From Thermoplasmata archaeon (GTDB lineage Archaea; Thermoplasmatota; Thermoplasmata; Methanomassiliicoccales; Methanomethylophilaceae): a stretch of DNA of 64,000 bases. Under the pieces are notes generated by a model. It had not been told where the DNA came from, searched no databases, and saw only the letters and a program-made list of their open reading frames with translations. The DNA lies in NCBI GenBank assembly GCA_015063235.1, contig SUSW01000033.1:5773-69772 (forward strand), read 5' to 3'. Made by a program: the position numbers and the translations under genes. Shown one piece after another: positions 11,095 through 22,164 of this stretch. How positions within the stretch are numbered: position 1 is the stretch's first letter; each line of letters begins with the position of its first letter.

Positions 11095-11643
11095 ATGACC
11101 TGCAGGGCAGCTAGCATCAAACGCGAGACCAGGGAGACCAACGTTTCCGTGGAGCTCAATCTGGACGGAAGCGGACAGTTCGAAGTCGAGTGCGACATCC
11201 AATTCCTGAAGCACATGGTGGAGACTTTGGCAAGGTATGCCGACTTCGATATCAAGATGAAGGCTTCGGGAGACAACGACCACCACCTCATCGAGGATGC
11301 CGCGATAACCCTGGGCAAGGCTCTCAGGGAGGCCTTGGGGGAGGTACCCATCGAGAGGATGGCCACGGCGACCGTCGTTATGGACGATGCCATGGTTATG
11401 ACATCCCTCGACCTTGTAGACAGGCCTTACTGCGAAGCGGATTGTCCCGATCCGCTGTACCTACACTTCTTTAGAAGCTTCGCCATGACTGCCGGAATAA
11501 CCCTGCACATATTGGTCATCCGCGGATTCGACGAGCATCACATCATAGAGGCAGGATTCAAGTCCATGGGAAGGGCTCTCAAGGAAGCAGTGAAAGTCAG
11601 AAGTACGGAGCTCAGCAACAAGGGCGCCGTTTCTTACCAGTGA
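11095..11643 (+). CDS. hisB: Imidazoleglycerol-phosphate dehydratase
   Basis: [20 protein letters not shown] motifs. Confidence 0.93.
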   Translation: MTCRAASIKRETRETNVSVELNLDGSGQFEVECDIQFLKHMVETLARYADFDIKMKASGDNDHHLIEDAAITLGKALREALGEVPIERMATATVVMDDAMVMTSLDLVDRPYCEADCPDPLYLHFFRSFAMTAGITLHILVIRGFDEHHIIEAGFKSMGRALKEAVKVRSTELSNKGAVSYQ

Positions 11644-11647
11644 TAAC

Positions 11648-12400
11648 ATGCTGACGAAGAGGATAATCCCATGTCTCGACATGAGAGGCGGAAAGGTCGT
11701 CAAGGGAATCAATTTCAAGAACATCAAGGAGGTAGGGGATCCGCCCACCATGGCAGTGGAGTACGAAGGCCAGGGTGCGGATGAGATAACATTCCTCGAC
11801 ATCTCCGCATCCCAGGAAGAGCGTGCGACAATGCTCGATGTCGTCACCAAGACCGCTGAGAACCTCAACGTCCCGCTGTGCGTGGGAGGGGGAATCAGGA
11901 CAGTTCAGGATGTAAGGAACACACTGAACGCAGGTGCTGACAAAGTCTCCATAAACTCTGCAGCGGTTGCCAATCCGGACATCATAACAGAATGCTCAGA
12001 CGCATTCGGATGCCAGTGCATCGTGGTGGCCATCGACGGGAAATGGAAGGACGATCACTGGGAGGTCGTCACCCATGGCGGAACCAGGTTCACGGGCATA
12101 GATGCCATCGAATGGGCCAAGAAGGTCGAGGACCTCGGTGCGGGAGAGATCCTGTACACGTCCATGGATGCCGACGGGGTCAAGACAGGTTACGATATCA
12201 AACCCACAGGGATAATCGCAGACGAGGTGAGCATCCCGGTGATCGCTTCGGGCGGATGCGGTTCGAAGGAGCATATACTGGAGGTCTTCCAGCAGACCAA
12301 AGCGTCGGCTGCGCTGGCGGCTTCCATCTTCCATTACAAGGAATACACCGTCGCCGAGGTCAAGGAGTACCTCAGGGACAACGGAGTGTGCGTAAGATGA
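11648..12400 (+). CDS. hisF: Imidazole glycerol phosphate synthase cyclase subunit
   Basis: RIIPCLD, VGGGIR, ASGG, AASIFH. Confidence 0.95.
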   Translation: MLTKRIIPCLDMRGGKVVKGINFKNIKEVGDPPTMAVEYEGQGADEITFLDISASQEERATMLDVVTKTAENLNVPLCVGGGIRTVQDVRNTLNAGADKVSINSAAVANPDIITECSDAFGCQCIVVAIDGKWKDDHWEVVTHGGTRFTGIDAIEWAKKVEDLGAGEILYTSMDADGVKTGYDIKPTGIIADEVSIPVIASGGCGSKEHILEVFQQTKASAALAASIFHYKEYTVAEVKEYLRDNGVCVR

Positions 12401-12999
12401 CAGAACTCAAATTCGATGACAAGGGACTGATCCCCGTAGTTGTACAGGATTGGCTTACCAATGAGGTGCTGATGGTGGCCTGGGCCAACGCCGAGGCTGT
12501 GGAACTCATGAAGTCCACCGGATACACCCACTTCTGGTCCAGAAGCAGGCAGAAGATGTGGAAGAAGGGCGAGGAGTCAGGACATGTTCAGAAGATCAAG
12601 TCCATTCAGACCGACTGCGATGCGGATACCCTGCTCGTAAGGGTGGAGCAGACAGGCGTAGCATGCCACTTGAACAAGCCGTCATGCTTTGACGAGGTCA
12701 TCTACGGAGAGACGGATGAGACGATGGCGATCCTTCCCGACCTGAAGAGGGTCATAAAGGACAGGCACGACAACCCGTCGGATGAGAGCTACACATGTAA
12801 GCTCTTCAACGATGAGACCCGCATGTGCAAGAAGGTCATCGAGGAGGCCGGGGAGTTCGCATTGGCGATAAAGGACAAGGATACGGACGAGATGGCTTGG
12901 GAGCTTGCGGATCTGATCTACCATACGATGGTGGCGATAGAGAAGACCGGGCTTCCGATGTCCGAGGTCTACAAGAAGCTGAAGGAGAGAGCGGAATGA
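12397..12999 (+). CDS. hisIE: Bifunctional PRA-CH/PRA-PH
   Basis: [31 protein letters not shown]; ATGA overlap with hisF. Confidence 0.92.
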   Translation: MTELKFDDKGLIPVVVQDWLTNEVLMVAWANAEAVELMKSTGYTHFWSRSRQKMWKKGEESGHVQKIKSIQTDCDADTLLVRVEQTGVACHLNKPSCFDEVIYGETDETMAILPDLKRVIKDRHDNPSDESYTCKLFNDETRMCKKVIEEAGEFALAIKDKDTDEMAWELADLIYHTMVAIEKTGLPMSEVYKKLKERAE

Positions 13000-13643
13000 G
13001 GGCCGATCTTCATACACACACGGTATACAGCGATGGGGAGCTGATCCCGGCCGAGCTAGTGCGCAGGGCCATGGTCAAGGGACACGACCTCCTGGCCATA
13101 ACAGACCACGTAGACATGACTAATGTCGAGTGGGTGGTCACCAACATGGTCAAGGCGATCGACCTCTGCGAGGACTACATCAGGGTCATCCCCGGAGTGG
13201 AGATAACCCATGTGCCTCCCAGACAGATCGACAGGGTGGCCAAGATGGCCAGGAAATACGGGGCAGAGTGGATAGTTGTCCACGGAGAGACCGTGACGGA
13301 GCCTGTGATGCCCGGAACCAACCGTGCATCTGTGGAAAATCCGGAGATAGACATCTTGGCGCATCCAGGATTCATAACTCTGGAAGAGGCTCAGCTGGCA
13401 AAGGACAACGATGTCATCCTTGAGGTCACCGGAAGGGCAGGCCACAACATCACGAACGGACATGTCGTGAACATGGCCAGAGAGGCCGGGGCGATGATGG
13501 TCATCGATTCGGACACGCATCAGCCGGAGAATCTCATGAGTGAGGAGGAGGCCATGATCGTAGCTCTGGGCGCCGGTCTAACCAAGGCTGAGGCCGACAG
13601 GGCGCTGCACGTCACCCCCTATGAGATGACCAAGCATCTGTGA
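12996..13643 (+). CDS. PHP-family protein, probable histidinol-phosphate phosphatase
   Basis: DLHTHT.SDG, ITDH, HGET, DSDTH; coupled to the his genes. Confidence 0.8.
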   Translation: MRADLHTHTVYSDGELIPAELVRRAMVKGHDLLAITDHVDMTNVEWVVTNMVKAIDLCEDYIRVIPGVEITHVPPRQIDRVAKMARKYGAEWIVVHGETVTEPVMPGTNRASVENPEIDILAHPGFITLEEAQLAKDNDVILEVTGRAGHNITNGHVVNMAREAGAMMVIDSDTHQPENLMSEEEAMIVALGAGLTKAEADRALHVTPYEMTKHL

Positions 13644-13697
13644 ACAGTGCCAGTATCCATACGAATCATACATATACAGGAACGAGGATGAGATATT

Positions 13698-14480
13698 ATG
13701 CCCAAGATTGCAATCATCGGTGGAACGGGAATTTACAATCCCGACACTTTCGAGCTCATTGAAAAGGTCTATCCAGACACACCTTACGGAAAGCCTTCGG
13801 ATGAGATTCTGATAGGAAAGATAGCCGGAGTGGAAGTCGCTTTCCTCCACCGCCACGGTACCAAGATCCCATATCCGCCGTCGAGTGTGCCTTACAGGGC
13901 GAACATGTACGCCCTCAAGGAGCTGGGATGCAAGTATGTGATTTCGGCATGCGCCGTCGGATCCCTGCAGAGGAAGTTCGCCTCCGGGGATCTCGTCCTG
14001 GTGGACCAGTTCGTGGATTTCACCAAGAAGCGCGATTATACGTATTTCGAAGATTCAATCACGCACATCGCCATTCCGGAACCGTTCTGTGATTATCTGA
14101 ACGGAGTCTTCGCCGAGACGGCCAAGAAGCTGGGCATCAAGTTCCACAACGGCGGGACATACGTGTGCATCGAGGGTCCGAGGTTCTCCACAAGGGCCGA
14201 GAGCAGGATGTTCAGGCAGTTCGGGGATATAATCGGAATGACCGTCGTCCCCGAGTGTCAGCTGGCCAGGGAGCTGGGAATGTGTTATTGCAGTCTCGCA
14301 ACGATTACCGATTACGATGCATGGAAGGAGGAGACCGTCGATATCGAGATGGTCAAGAAGACCATGGCATCATGCCTCGACAAGGTCCTCAGGCTCCTGG
14401 AGGCAGGATTGCCCAAGATCAAGGACAGAGGATGCAGCGAGTGCGAAAAAGCGGCTAAGGCCTGCGGTGCGCTCAAGTGA
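13698..14480 (+). CDS. mtnP: Methylthioadenosine/purine nucleoside phosphorylase
   Basis: IIGGTG, TPYG, RHG, EGPRFSTRAES, GMT, TDYD. Confidence 0.88.
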   Translation: MPKIAIIGGTGIYNPDTFELIEKVYPDTPYGKPSDEILIGKIAGVEVAFLHRHGTKIPYPPSSVPYRANMYALKELGCKYVISACAVGSLQRKFASGDLVLVDQFVDFTKKRDYTYFEDSITHIAIPEPFCDYLNGVFAETAKKLGIKFHNGGTYVCIEGPRFSTRAESRMFRQFGDIIGMTVVPECQLARELGMCYCSLATITDYDAWKEETVDIEMVKKTMASCLDKVLRLLEAGLPKIKDRGCSECEKAAKACGALK

Positions 14481-14500
14481 ATCTAACCAATAGGGATAGC

Positions 14501-15661
14501 ATGGAATCCGGATAGGTCACTATCCTATCGGTGGTAGCCGTTGCTATCCTGATCGCGGCCGGAGCAGGCGTGTTCTTCTACATGAACAGCGGTAGCGACG
14601 GGAAGGATTCGTTCGAGGTCACAACGACGGGGCTGAATCATTTCAACAACTACATAATCGATTTAGATGATAAGACCGCCGCGGAACACGGGCTCAAAAT
14701 CGGCGAGGAGATCGAACTGGACTTTGGCGGAAAGAAGTATACGGGCATATACACTTCCAATTACAACGGGGCCCCTCTTTTCGGACTTTTCGTGAACAGG
14801 GATTCCAACGGGACCCACTCTATCGGAATGTTCAATTACGATATGACCAGGGTGATAAAGTGCGAGACAGGGAGCAAGATAACGATATCCCACGAGGGCG
14901 TTATCAGCGAACTGATCAAGAAGACGCCCAAATATTCGGCAGGATACTCGAACGATCCCAAGGATTACAGTTCTGCTGCTGAATACGCAAATTTCCGTGA
15001 GGTTAACATCGGTAACATAAAGGACGATTACATCTATAGGTCGGCATCCCCGTATCCGTATTACATTTCCGAACGCTACGGATATGTGGACAGTTTGCTC
15101 GAAGAGCACGGCATAGAGTATCTGATCTTGATGAACATCAACGATGACGCTGCAGATGATTGGCCGAAAGACAGCGATTACTCCGGTTCGCTGGTCCAGC
15201 AGGGGAAGGCGGTCATGAAGAACCTCAGCCCGGCTGTCTTCGCCCATGAGGATGAAATCCTATACGTCATGCAATCGGTCATCGATTCGGAAGGAAAATT
15301 GGGCATCAGCTGTTCATTGGGTAAGGACCGTACCGGGTTCTACATAGCCGTATTGGAGGCTCTCGCGGGAGCATCCTACGTCGACATACGCGAGGACTAC
15401 ATGGTCTCGTTCTGCAACCTTTACAAAATCGAACCGCACAGTGAGGAGTATGAGACTATCGCCAACATCCTCATCGATGCCATGTTCTACGCGATGGGAC
15501 ACACAGGGGTTTTGGACGATCCCACGTCGGTGGACTGGATTCACATGGAGTATGATATCGATTCCATCGATGCATACAGCTGTGTCCACGGCTATCTCGT
15601 GAACAAGCTAGGATTTTCGGAAGAGATGTTACAATCCATCATCGAACGTATCACCACCTGA
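14501..15661 (+). CDS. Membrane-anchored tyrosine-phosphatase-like protein, paralog 1, with an in-frame TAG at 14513-14515
   Basis: ATG GAA TCC GGA TAG GTC... is in frame with the 14531 ORF; NFRE, YRSA, CSLGKDRTG (CX5R). Confidence 0.75.
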
Positions 15662-15821
15662 TGACGATCACATGCGGTCCGGTCATCTTTCGGTTTCGTG
15701 ATTGCTCAGAGCGACCAATCATATCGCTTAATTACTAGATATGGGACTCTCCTTTGTACGGGTTGTTCGCGCCGTTCATCGGTTCAGCATGGATGTTTCC
15801 ATCGGTGTGAGAGGTAAGGAT

Positions 15822-16979
15822 ATGGATCCCAGGACTGCAAAGGTATGCATAGTCGTCGCGATAGCAGCAGCGGCCGCAGCAGGTATCGGTATATTCTGTC
15901 TCACCAGCGAGAACGATAATCATAAGGACACCTTCGAAATCACCATCACAGGCATCGATTCCTTCGGGAACTATGCTCTCGATCTCAACGATAAGACCTT
16001 CGAAGAGCATGGTATGAAGATCGGTGAGGTATTCGAGTTGGATATCCAGGGCAAGAAGTGCAAGGGGCAGATGACCACGCTCTACAGCGGAACTCCTCTC
16101 TTCGGACTTTTCATCAACGGAGATAACGGTGTATACAACATGGGTATGTTCTGCTACGACATAACCGCCGTCGTCGATTGCCCGGCAGGCACCAAATTCA
16201 CACTCACTCATGAAGGCAAGATCAGCGAGAACATCGAGAAGATCCCCGCATACATGAATGGATATTCCGATAATCCATCTGATTATGGTGATATGGCGGT
16301 ATTCGCCAATTTCCGTGAGGTGGATGTAGAGGGAATCAAGGAAGATACGTTCTACAGAGCGGCATCCCCTTATCCGACCTACGGCACCCAGCGCCATGTC
16401 TATGTGAACCAGTATCTAGAGAAAGAGGGTGTTGAGTACCTTCTGATAATGAACGTGGATTTGGACAAGGTCAAGGACCAATGGCCTACCGACTGCTATT
16501 CCTACAAGCTTCTGCAGGAAGGGAAGGTCATCGCCAAGAAATACAGTCCGTCTATCTTCAACTACCCGGATCAGGTCGCCGAATTCATGGAGACCATAGC
16601 GGATTCCGAAGGCAAGCTCGGTATCTCATGTGCATTGGGAAAGGACCGTACCGGCTTCTACGTCGCGATGCTGGAGGCCCTTGCCGGAGCCTCATACAAG
16701 GAGATACGTGAGGACTTCATGGAGACGCTATGCAACTTCTACGCAATCGAACCCTTCGGAGAGGAGTATCAGACGCTGGCGACCATGCTCATAGACCCGG
16801 TGTTCTACATCTTCGAGAACCCCAGTATCGCCAAGGATCCTACCACGGTGGACTGGTCGGAGCTGAAGCTCGATGTGGATTCCGTCGATGCCTACAAGGT
16901 TGTCTACGATTATCTGATGAAGCAGGTCGGCATCTCAGAGGAGACCATACAGTCCGTTATCGACCGCGTATCAGAGTGA
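15822..16979 (+). CDS. Membrane-anchored tyrosine-phosphatase-like protein, paralog 2
   Basis: N-terminal TM, CALGKDRTG; colinear with paralog 1; GAGGT SD. Confidence 0.8.
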   Translation: MDPRTAKVCIVVAIAAAAAAGIGIFCLTSENDNHKDTFEITITGIDSFGNYALDLNDKTFEEHGMKIGEVFELDIQGKKCKGQMTTLYSGTPLFGLFINGDNGVYNMGMFCYDITAVVDCPAGTKFTLTHEGKISENIEKIPAYMNGYSDNPSDYGDMAVFANFREVDVEGIKEDTFYRAASPYPTYGTQRHVYVNQYLEKEGVEYLLIMNVDLDKVKDQWPTDCYSYKLLQEGKVIAKKYSPSIFNYPDQVAEFMETIADSEGKLGISCALGKDRTGFYVAMLEALAGASYKEIREDFMETLCNFYAIEPFGEEYQTLATMLIDPVFYIFENPSIAKDPTTVDWSELKLDVDSVDAYKVVYDYLMKQVGISEETIQSVIDRVSE

Positions 16980-17045
16980 CGACTCTGTACATCAACGAAG
17001 GGGTACAGCACACCCCTTAACTACTAGATATTGTATCAAGTAAGC

Positions 17046-18461
17046 ATGGCAGAGAAGAAGTCCAAAGGACAGAAATTGGCCGAAGAGTTGCTGTACAAGC
17101 CCAAGAGCATTCCCGAGAAGGACCCCAAGTTCTTGGAAGAGGCATCGAAGTTCTGCGAGGGTTACAAGGAATTCCTCGCCAACAAGACCGAGCGCGAAGC
17201 CGTTGCTTATGCGATCCCGATCCTCAAGAAGCACAAGTACACGGAGTACGTCCCAGGTAAGAAGTACAAGGCAGGAGAGAAGTTCTACATGGTCAACCGT
17301 GACAAGGACCTCATCATGTGTACAAAGGGAAAGAAGCCCGTATCCGAGGGAATCCGTGTGTCAGTCGCTCACCTCGACAGCCCCAGATTGGATTTCAAGC
17401 CCCATCCTCTTTTCGAGGCCAGCGAGATGGTGTACTTCAAGACCCATTACTACGGAGGCATCAAGAAGTACCAGTGGACCACAGTTCCAATGTCCATCCG
17501 CGGAGTCGTCATGACCAAGGACGGCAAGAAGGTCACGATTAACATCGGAGAGGAAGAGAGCGATCCATCATTCCTTATCACAGATCTGCTGGTGCACCTT
17601 GCAAGGGACCAGATGCAGAAGACTGCATCCAAGGTGGTCGAGGGGGAGCAGTTGAATCTGCTCATCGGTTCATGGCCCTATGATGATGACAAAGTATCCA
17701 ACAAAGCGAAGCTCGCCATCATGGACATTCTGAACAAGAAGTACGGAATCACAGAGGGCGACCTGGAGGCGGCAGAACTCTGCGCCGTTCCAGCATTCAA
17801 GGCAAGGGACCTTGGATTCGACAGGTCCATGATTGCAGGATACGGACAAGATGACAGCTCATGCGCATACGCGGAGTTCAGGGCCGAGATCGATACCAAG
17901 GATCCCGAATACACCACAATGACGATCTTCGCCGACAAGGAGGAGACCGGTTCGGACGGTGTCACAGGTATGGCATCATACTTCTTCAGGGACTTCGTCG
18001 AGGATCTGGCACAGTCAGAGGGATGCGAGGTCAGGCATGTCATGAGGAACTCCCTGTGCCTTTCCGCCGATGTCGGAGCAGGATTCGATCCTGCATGGCC
18101 CGAGGTATGGGAGAGCAACAACTGCGCATTCATGAACTACGGCCCCATACTCGCGAAGTATGACGGTGCCGGAGGAAAGTACAGCACCAACGATGCTTCC
18201 GCCGAGTTGGTCAACTACGTGCACAGGATATTCAGGGAGGCCGACATTACATGGCAGATGGCCGAGCTCGGAAAGATCGACGTGGGCGGAGGAGGAACAA
18301 TCGCCTCCTACATCTCCCTCAACAACATCGATACCATAGATATCGGTGTGCCGGTCCTCTCGATGCACGCGCCCGTAGAGGTCGTCGCTAAGGCCGACGA
18401 GTACATGCTGTACAAGGCGATATACGCAGTGTACAACAGCAAGCTCCCGAAGGAGATCTGA
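17046..18461 (+). CDS. M18 family aminopeptidase
   Basis: AHLDSPR, DD, DKEETGS, SADV, SMHAP. Confidence 0.9.
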   Translation: MAEKKSKGQKLAEELLYKPKSIPEKDPKFLEEASKFCEGYKEFLANKTEREAVAYAIPILKKHKYTEYVPGKKYKAGEKFYMVNRDKDLIMCTKGKKPVSEGIRVSVAHLDSPRLDFKPHPLFEASEMVYFKTHYYGGIKKYQWTTVPMSIRGVVMTKDGKKVTINIGEEESDPSFLITDLLVHLARDQMQKTASKVVEGEQLNLLIGSWPYDDDKVSNKAKLAIMDILNKKYGITEGDLEAAELCAVPAFKARDLGFDRSMIAGYGQDDSSCAYAEFRAEIDTKDPEYTTMTIFADKEETGSDGVTGMASYFFRDFVEDLAQSEGCEVRHVMRNSLCLSADVGAGFDPAWPEVWESNNCAFMNYGPILAKYDGAGGKYSTNDASAELVNYVHRIFREADITWQMAELGKIDVGGGGTIASYISLNNIDTIDIGVPVLSMHAPVEVVAKADEYMLYKAIYAVYNSKLPKEI

Positions 18462-18504
18462 AACTTTTCAGGGGGATCCGTCCCCCATCTTTCTAGGTGT
18501 TCTG

Positions 18505-19227
18505 ATGGAACAGAAGCATTACACTCTCGAAGAGTACATGCACATGGCCGAGGAAGGCCATCCCGATGCGAAGTATATCCTTGCCACCAAGTACAGGAAC
18601 GGCGACGGTGTTGAGATGGATAAGGCCAGGGCGGCTCAGCTCTATAAGGAGCTGGCCGATCAGGGGGATTCCGACGCCCAGTACGATCTGGCTTTCATGC
18701 TTGACAACGGTGAAGGCATAGATATGGACCGTGTCCAATCGGAGCACTATTTCAAGCTGGCCGCCGATCAGGGGGATTCCGACGCATGTCTATGCTACGG
18801 AGGGATACTCTTCGAGAGAGGGCAGTACGCCGATGCGGAGCAATATTTCATAACCGCGGCCATGAAGGGCGATGTGAAGGCGGAGTACAACCTCGGTCTG
18901 CTGTACATGGGCGACTATCTCGGAAGCCCCGACGCGTCCAAAGCGAAGGAATGGTTTGAATCCGCTGCCGACGAGGGATTCGCATATGCCCAGTCGATGC
19001 TGGGTTCCATGTATCTCGATGAGAAGGACATGGCCAAAGCGGAACAGTACTTCAGACTTGCCGCCGATCAGGGCGAGCCCACAGCCCAGTACAACCTGGG
19101 GGCTTTGGGGCTTTCCAACCAGATCCGGATGGATGAGCACGAAGCAATCGAATGGCTCACCAAGGCTGCGGCGAATGGCATGGAGCCTGCATATCAGATA
19201 CTGATGCAGCTCAATGCTCAGCAGTGA
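18505..19227 (+). CDS. Sel1-repeat protein
   Basis: Repeated AADQG...AQYNLG motifs. Confidence 0.9.
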   Translation: MEQKHYTLEEYMHMAEEGHPDAKYILATKYRNGDGVEMDKARAAQLYKELADQGDSDAQYDLAFMLDNGEGIDMDRVQSEHYFKLAADQGDSDACLCYGGILFERGQYADAEQYFITAAMKGDVKAEYNLGLLYMGDYLGSPDASKAKEWFESAADEGFAYAQSMLGSMYLDEKDMAKAEQYFRLAADQGEPTAQYNLGALGLSNQIRMDEHEAIEWLTKAAANGMEPAYQILMQLNAQQ

Positions 19228-20399
19228 CGCTTTCTGTATCCCGGTATCCCTACCAGTACCAGGTAGACGATGAATGCGATGATGGCGATGAATGCCATGA
19301 CAAGATAATCCTGTGCATATCCGTATTCGTATGCCAGCCATCCGTGCACCAGAGGGCCGACTGCGAATGACATGTCCCAGAAAATACTCAGTGTGGATAC
19401 GGCGATGCTCACCCTATCCTCGGGGATGTCACGGACCACAAGTGCCTGAGAAACAGTGTTCAGCATGGCCACCATCACCCCTATGAGCAGTCCGGCGGCG
19501 AGCATCTCAGGACCTGAGATCAGTGTTGCGATCATGAACATTCCGGCGATGTACATCAGGAGCGAAGGTATGAGGGCAACATTCTCCCCATATCTGTCGT
19601 ACACCTTTCCGAGGAAAAGTCTGCACATCAGAGTGGATACGGACACCGCTATGAAGAAAATCGAAGCGTAGAATTCCAATCCGAGTTCTTTGCCGTAAGG
19701 TGCGATGAATGTCAGCACGCCCGAATACGTGAAGAAGAACAGGAACATCACCAACGAGACCCTCAGGGCGTTCCGCTCAATGTAATCGGACAATCCGGCC
19801 TTGGCAGCCGGACGCACTCCTGTGCCGCCGATCGCTTCCGACTTCTTCATCAGGAGGCACATCAGCAGTGCGGCGGCGGACATCGCGGTACCGAAGACGA
19901 ACATCTCGGTGTACGCCCCGGTGTTCTGAAGCGAGATGCTGATAAAAGGTCCGAGTATGGATGCTATGCTGTTGCTTAACATGAAGTAGCCGATCCCCTC
20001 CCCCCTGCGGGATTTGGGAATGCCGGATATCACGATCGTATAGAGTGCTGTTTCTGCTAGCCCATAGGTCATGCCATGGAAGAACGCTATTCCGCATATC
20101 AGAGGAACATCCTTGGTCATGAAGTAAAGGAGCGTGATGAGCGTTCCCAGGATCATCACCGTGATGCATGTCCTCCTCGCTCCGAAATACGGGACCCATC
20201 TCGAGTTCAGGAATCTGGAGATCACGTCACCGAGGATGAATATCCCTGTGATGACGCCTGCTATCACCGTATCCTCATTGAGGACGTTCAGCGTGTACAT
20301 GGACATGCCTGTGTAATACACGAAGAAGACCATCGTCAGGGACAGCGTGGCAAGCGATCCTAGGACGAAGTTGCGGGTGAGCAGAGCATCTGAACCCAT
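19218..20399 (-). CDS. MFS transporter
   Basis: ~12 TM helices, RRGEGIGY, DRYG motifs. Confidence 0.88.
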   Translation of the reverse strand: MGSDALLTRNFVLGSLATLSLTMVFFVYYTGMSMYTLNVLNEDTVIAGVITGIFILGDVISRFLNSRWVPYFGARRTCITVMILGTLITLLYFMTKDVPLICGIAFFHGMTYGLAETALYTIVISGIPKSRRGEGIGYFMLSNSIASILGPFISISLQNTGAYTEMFVFGTAMSAAALLMCLLMKKSEAIGGTGVRPAAKAGLSDYIERNALRVSLVMFLFFFTYSGVLTFIAPYGKELGLEFYASIFFIAVSVSTLMCRLFLGKVYDRYGENVALIPSLLMYIAGMFMIATLISGPEMLAAGLLIGVMVAMLNTVSQALVVRDIPEDRVSIAVSTLSIFWDMSFAVGPLVHGWLAYEYGYAQDYLVMAFIAIIAFIVYLVLVGIPGYRKRHC

Positions 20400-20503
20400 G
20401 ATATCTGGAACGGTGCTGTAGATTATACCGTTTCGCCTGAATGCCTATAGGCAGTTGTGGTTATCCAGAGAACGCTATAAAGGAGTAAGACCATGCCTTC
20501 TGC

Positions 20504-21400
20504 ATGGACCCCGGCCTAGATATTCTTCACATCCTTCAGGATTTCAGACTATCCATGCCGCCGTCCGTGGAATCATTTTTCCTATTCCTGTCGTCCCCGG
20601 CATTCTACATTGTGCTTCCGATAATCATCGGTGCGCTGCTTTTTTGGTTCTCAGGCAAGCAGAAGGGAGAGATTGTCCTGCTGAACTTCGTTGCTGCTAT
20701 GGCGGTTTCAAGGGCTGTCAAGGTAACGGTGAAACAGCCGAGGCCGTGGGTGCTTGATCCGACCATACAACCTAGCGAGGCGGCCAAATCCACCGCAACA
20801 AGCTATTCTCTTCCGAGTGGTCACACCTCGATCGCGGTCTCAACCTACGGCGCATTCGCCATGTTGGCGAGCAGCAGGATCTTCAAGGTTTTTGCCATAA
20901 TCATGGCGGTTATGATACCTTTCGCCCGCCTGTATCTGAATGTACATACTCCGTTGGATATAGCAGTCGGTGTGATAATCGCAGTTGCTGTCTGCGTGTT
21001 CAATCTGAAGGCCGTGCCATGGTCCTATAGGGATGAAAGGAACCGTTCGATATTCCTGGCAGGATATCTGGTTTTCTTTGTAATCTTTGCAGTATATCTG
21101 GCGATAGCTTCGGATAACCCTTCATCGTTCAACTTCATGTGGATGGCTGTAGGTTTGGTGGCAGGACTGTTCATCGAGGAGAAGTATGTGCATTACGAAG
21201 TCAGGAAAAGATCGTTCAGGCAGAATCTCGTCATAGGTATTGCCGGTCTTTTATTGTTGGGGATGATGACCGGGATCCCGTATCTGCTGCTGGGGTTCGA
21301 CATGACCATAGCTGTAGGCGGATTATTCAGCATGATCACGGTTACGGCCCTATATCCCTATTTGATAAAGAGATACGATGAATCACATTGTATTGACTGA
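20504..21400 (+). CDS. PAP2-family membrane phosphatase
   Basis: K...PRP, PSGH, ARLYLNVH motifs. Confidence 0.88.
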   Translation: MDPGLDILHILQDFRLSMPPSVESFFLFLSSPAFYIVLPIIIGALLFWFSGKQKGEIVLLNFVAAMAVSRAVKVTVKQPRPWVLDPTIQPSEAAKSTATSYSLPSGHTSIAVSTYGAFAMLASSRIFKVFAIIMAVMIPFARLYLNVHTPLDIAVGVIIAVAVCVFNLKAVPWSYRDERNRSIFLAGYLVFFVIFAVYLAIASDNPSSFNFMWMAVGLVAGLFIEEKYVHYEVRKRSFRQNLVIGIAGLLLLGMMTGIPYLLLGFDMTIAVGGLFSMITVTALYPYLIKRYDESHCID

Positions 21401-21407
21401 ACGATGT

Positions 21408-22163
21408 TCATTCGGTCTCTTTCGTTCCGACATAGATGTTGACAGCACCCATGGATTTGACATAGTAGTGTGCATCTTTGAATCCTGCCTTCTTGAAGAT
21501 GGCCACCATGTCTTCTCCGTAGGGGAAGCCTTCGATGGATGTGGTCAGCCACTCATAGGGTGAGAATTTGCCGTCGATCTTCTTCCCGCTGTCGCGTTTG
21601 CGTCCGTAGGCCTTCACCCTTTTCATATAGATGTTGTATCCGACTTTCACGATAGGGTTCTTCGGTTTGGATAGTTCTGCAACGACAACCTTTCCCCCGG
21701 GTGCGAGCACCCTGTGCATCTCTAAAACCGCCTGAAGGATGTTGGTGACGTTCCTCAGCATGTATCCTGATGTCACGAGGTTCACCGAGTTGTCCGGTAT
21801 GTCAAGGGCCAGCGCATCGCCTTCGCGCCAATCTATCTTCACAGGAAGATCCATGCTCGCTTCCTTCCTCTTTGCCAGTTCGAGCATCGCGGGAGTGATA
21901 TCGACTCCGATGACAGTGGATCCCGGGCCTGCGGTCCTTGCGACATGGAATGCGATCTCCCCGGTTCCGGTCCCGACATCGAGGCAGGTCTTGCCCTTGA
22001 TATCCCCAGCCTTCTTCATCATGAACTTGTGCCATCCCTGCACCATGTGCATGGACATTACCTCGTTCATATCGTCATAATACTCAGCTATCTCGGTGAA
22101 GGCGTCCTTCACGAACTCCTCCTTTCCCTCGAACTGGTTGCCGGTCTTCAGCTCCTCAGTCAT
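21408..22163 (-). CDS. menG: UbiE/MenG-family methyltransferase
   Basis: YDDMNEVMS, LDVGTGTG, LRNV. Confidence 0.8.
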   Translation of the reverse strand: MTEELKTGNQFEGKEEFVKDAFTEIAEYYDDMNEVMSMHMVQGWHKFMMKKAGDIKGKTCLDVGTGTGEIAFHVARTAGPGSTVIGVDITPAMLELAKRKEASMDLPVKIDWREGDALALDIPDNSVNLVTSGYMLRNVTNILQAVLEMHRVLAPGGKVVVAELSKPKNPIVKVGYNIYMKRVKAYGRKRDSGKKIDGKFSPYEWLTTSIEGFPYGEDMVAIFKKAGFKDAHYYVKSMGAVNIYVGTKETE

Positions 22164-22164
22164 C

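Noticed and set aside
11095-13643. Incomplete his operon (no hisA, hisH, hisG, hisD)
   Set aside because: Split his clusters are ordinary in archaea; the remaining genes are probably elsewhere.
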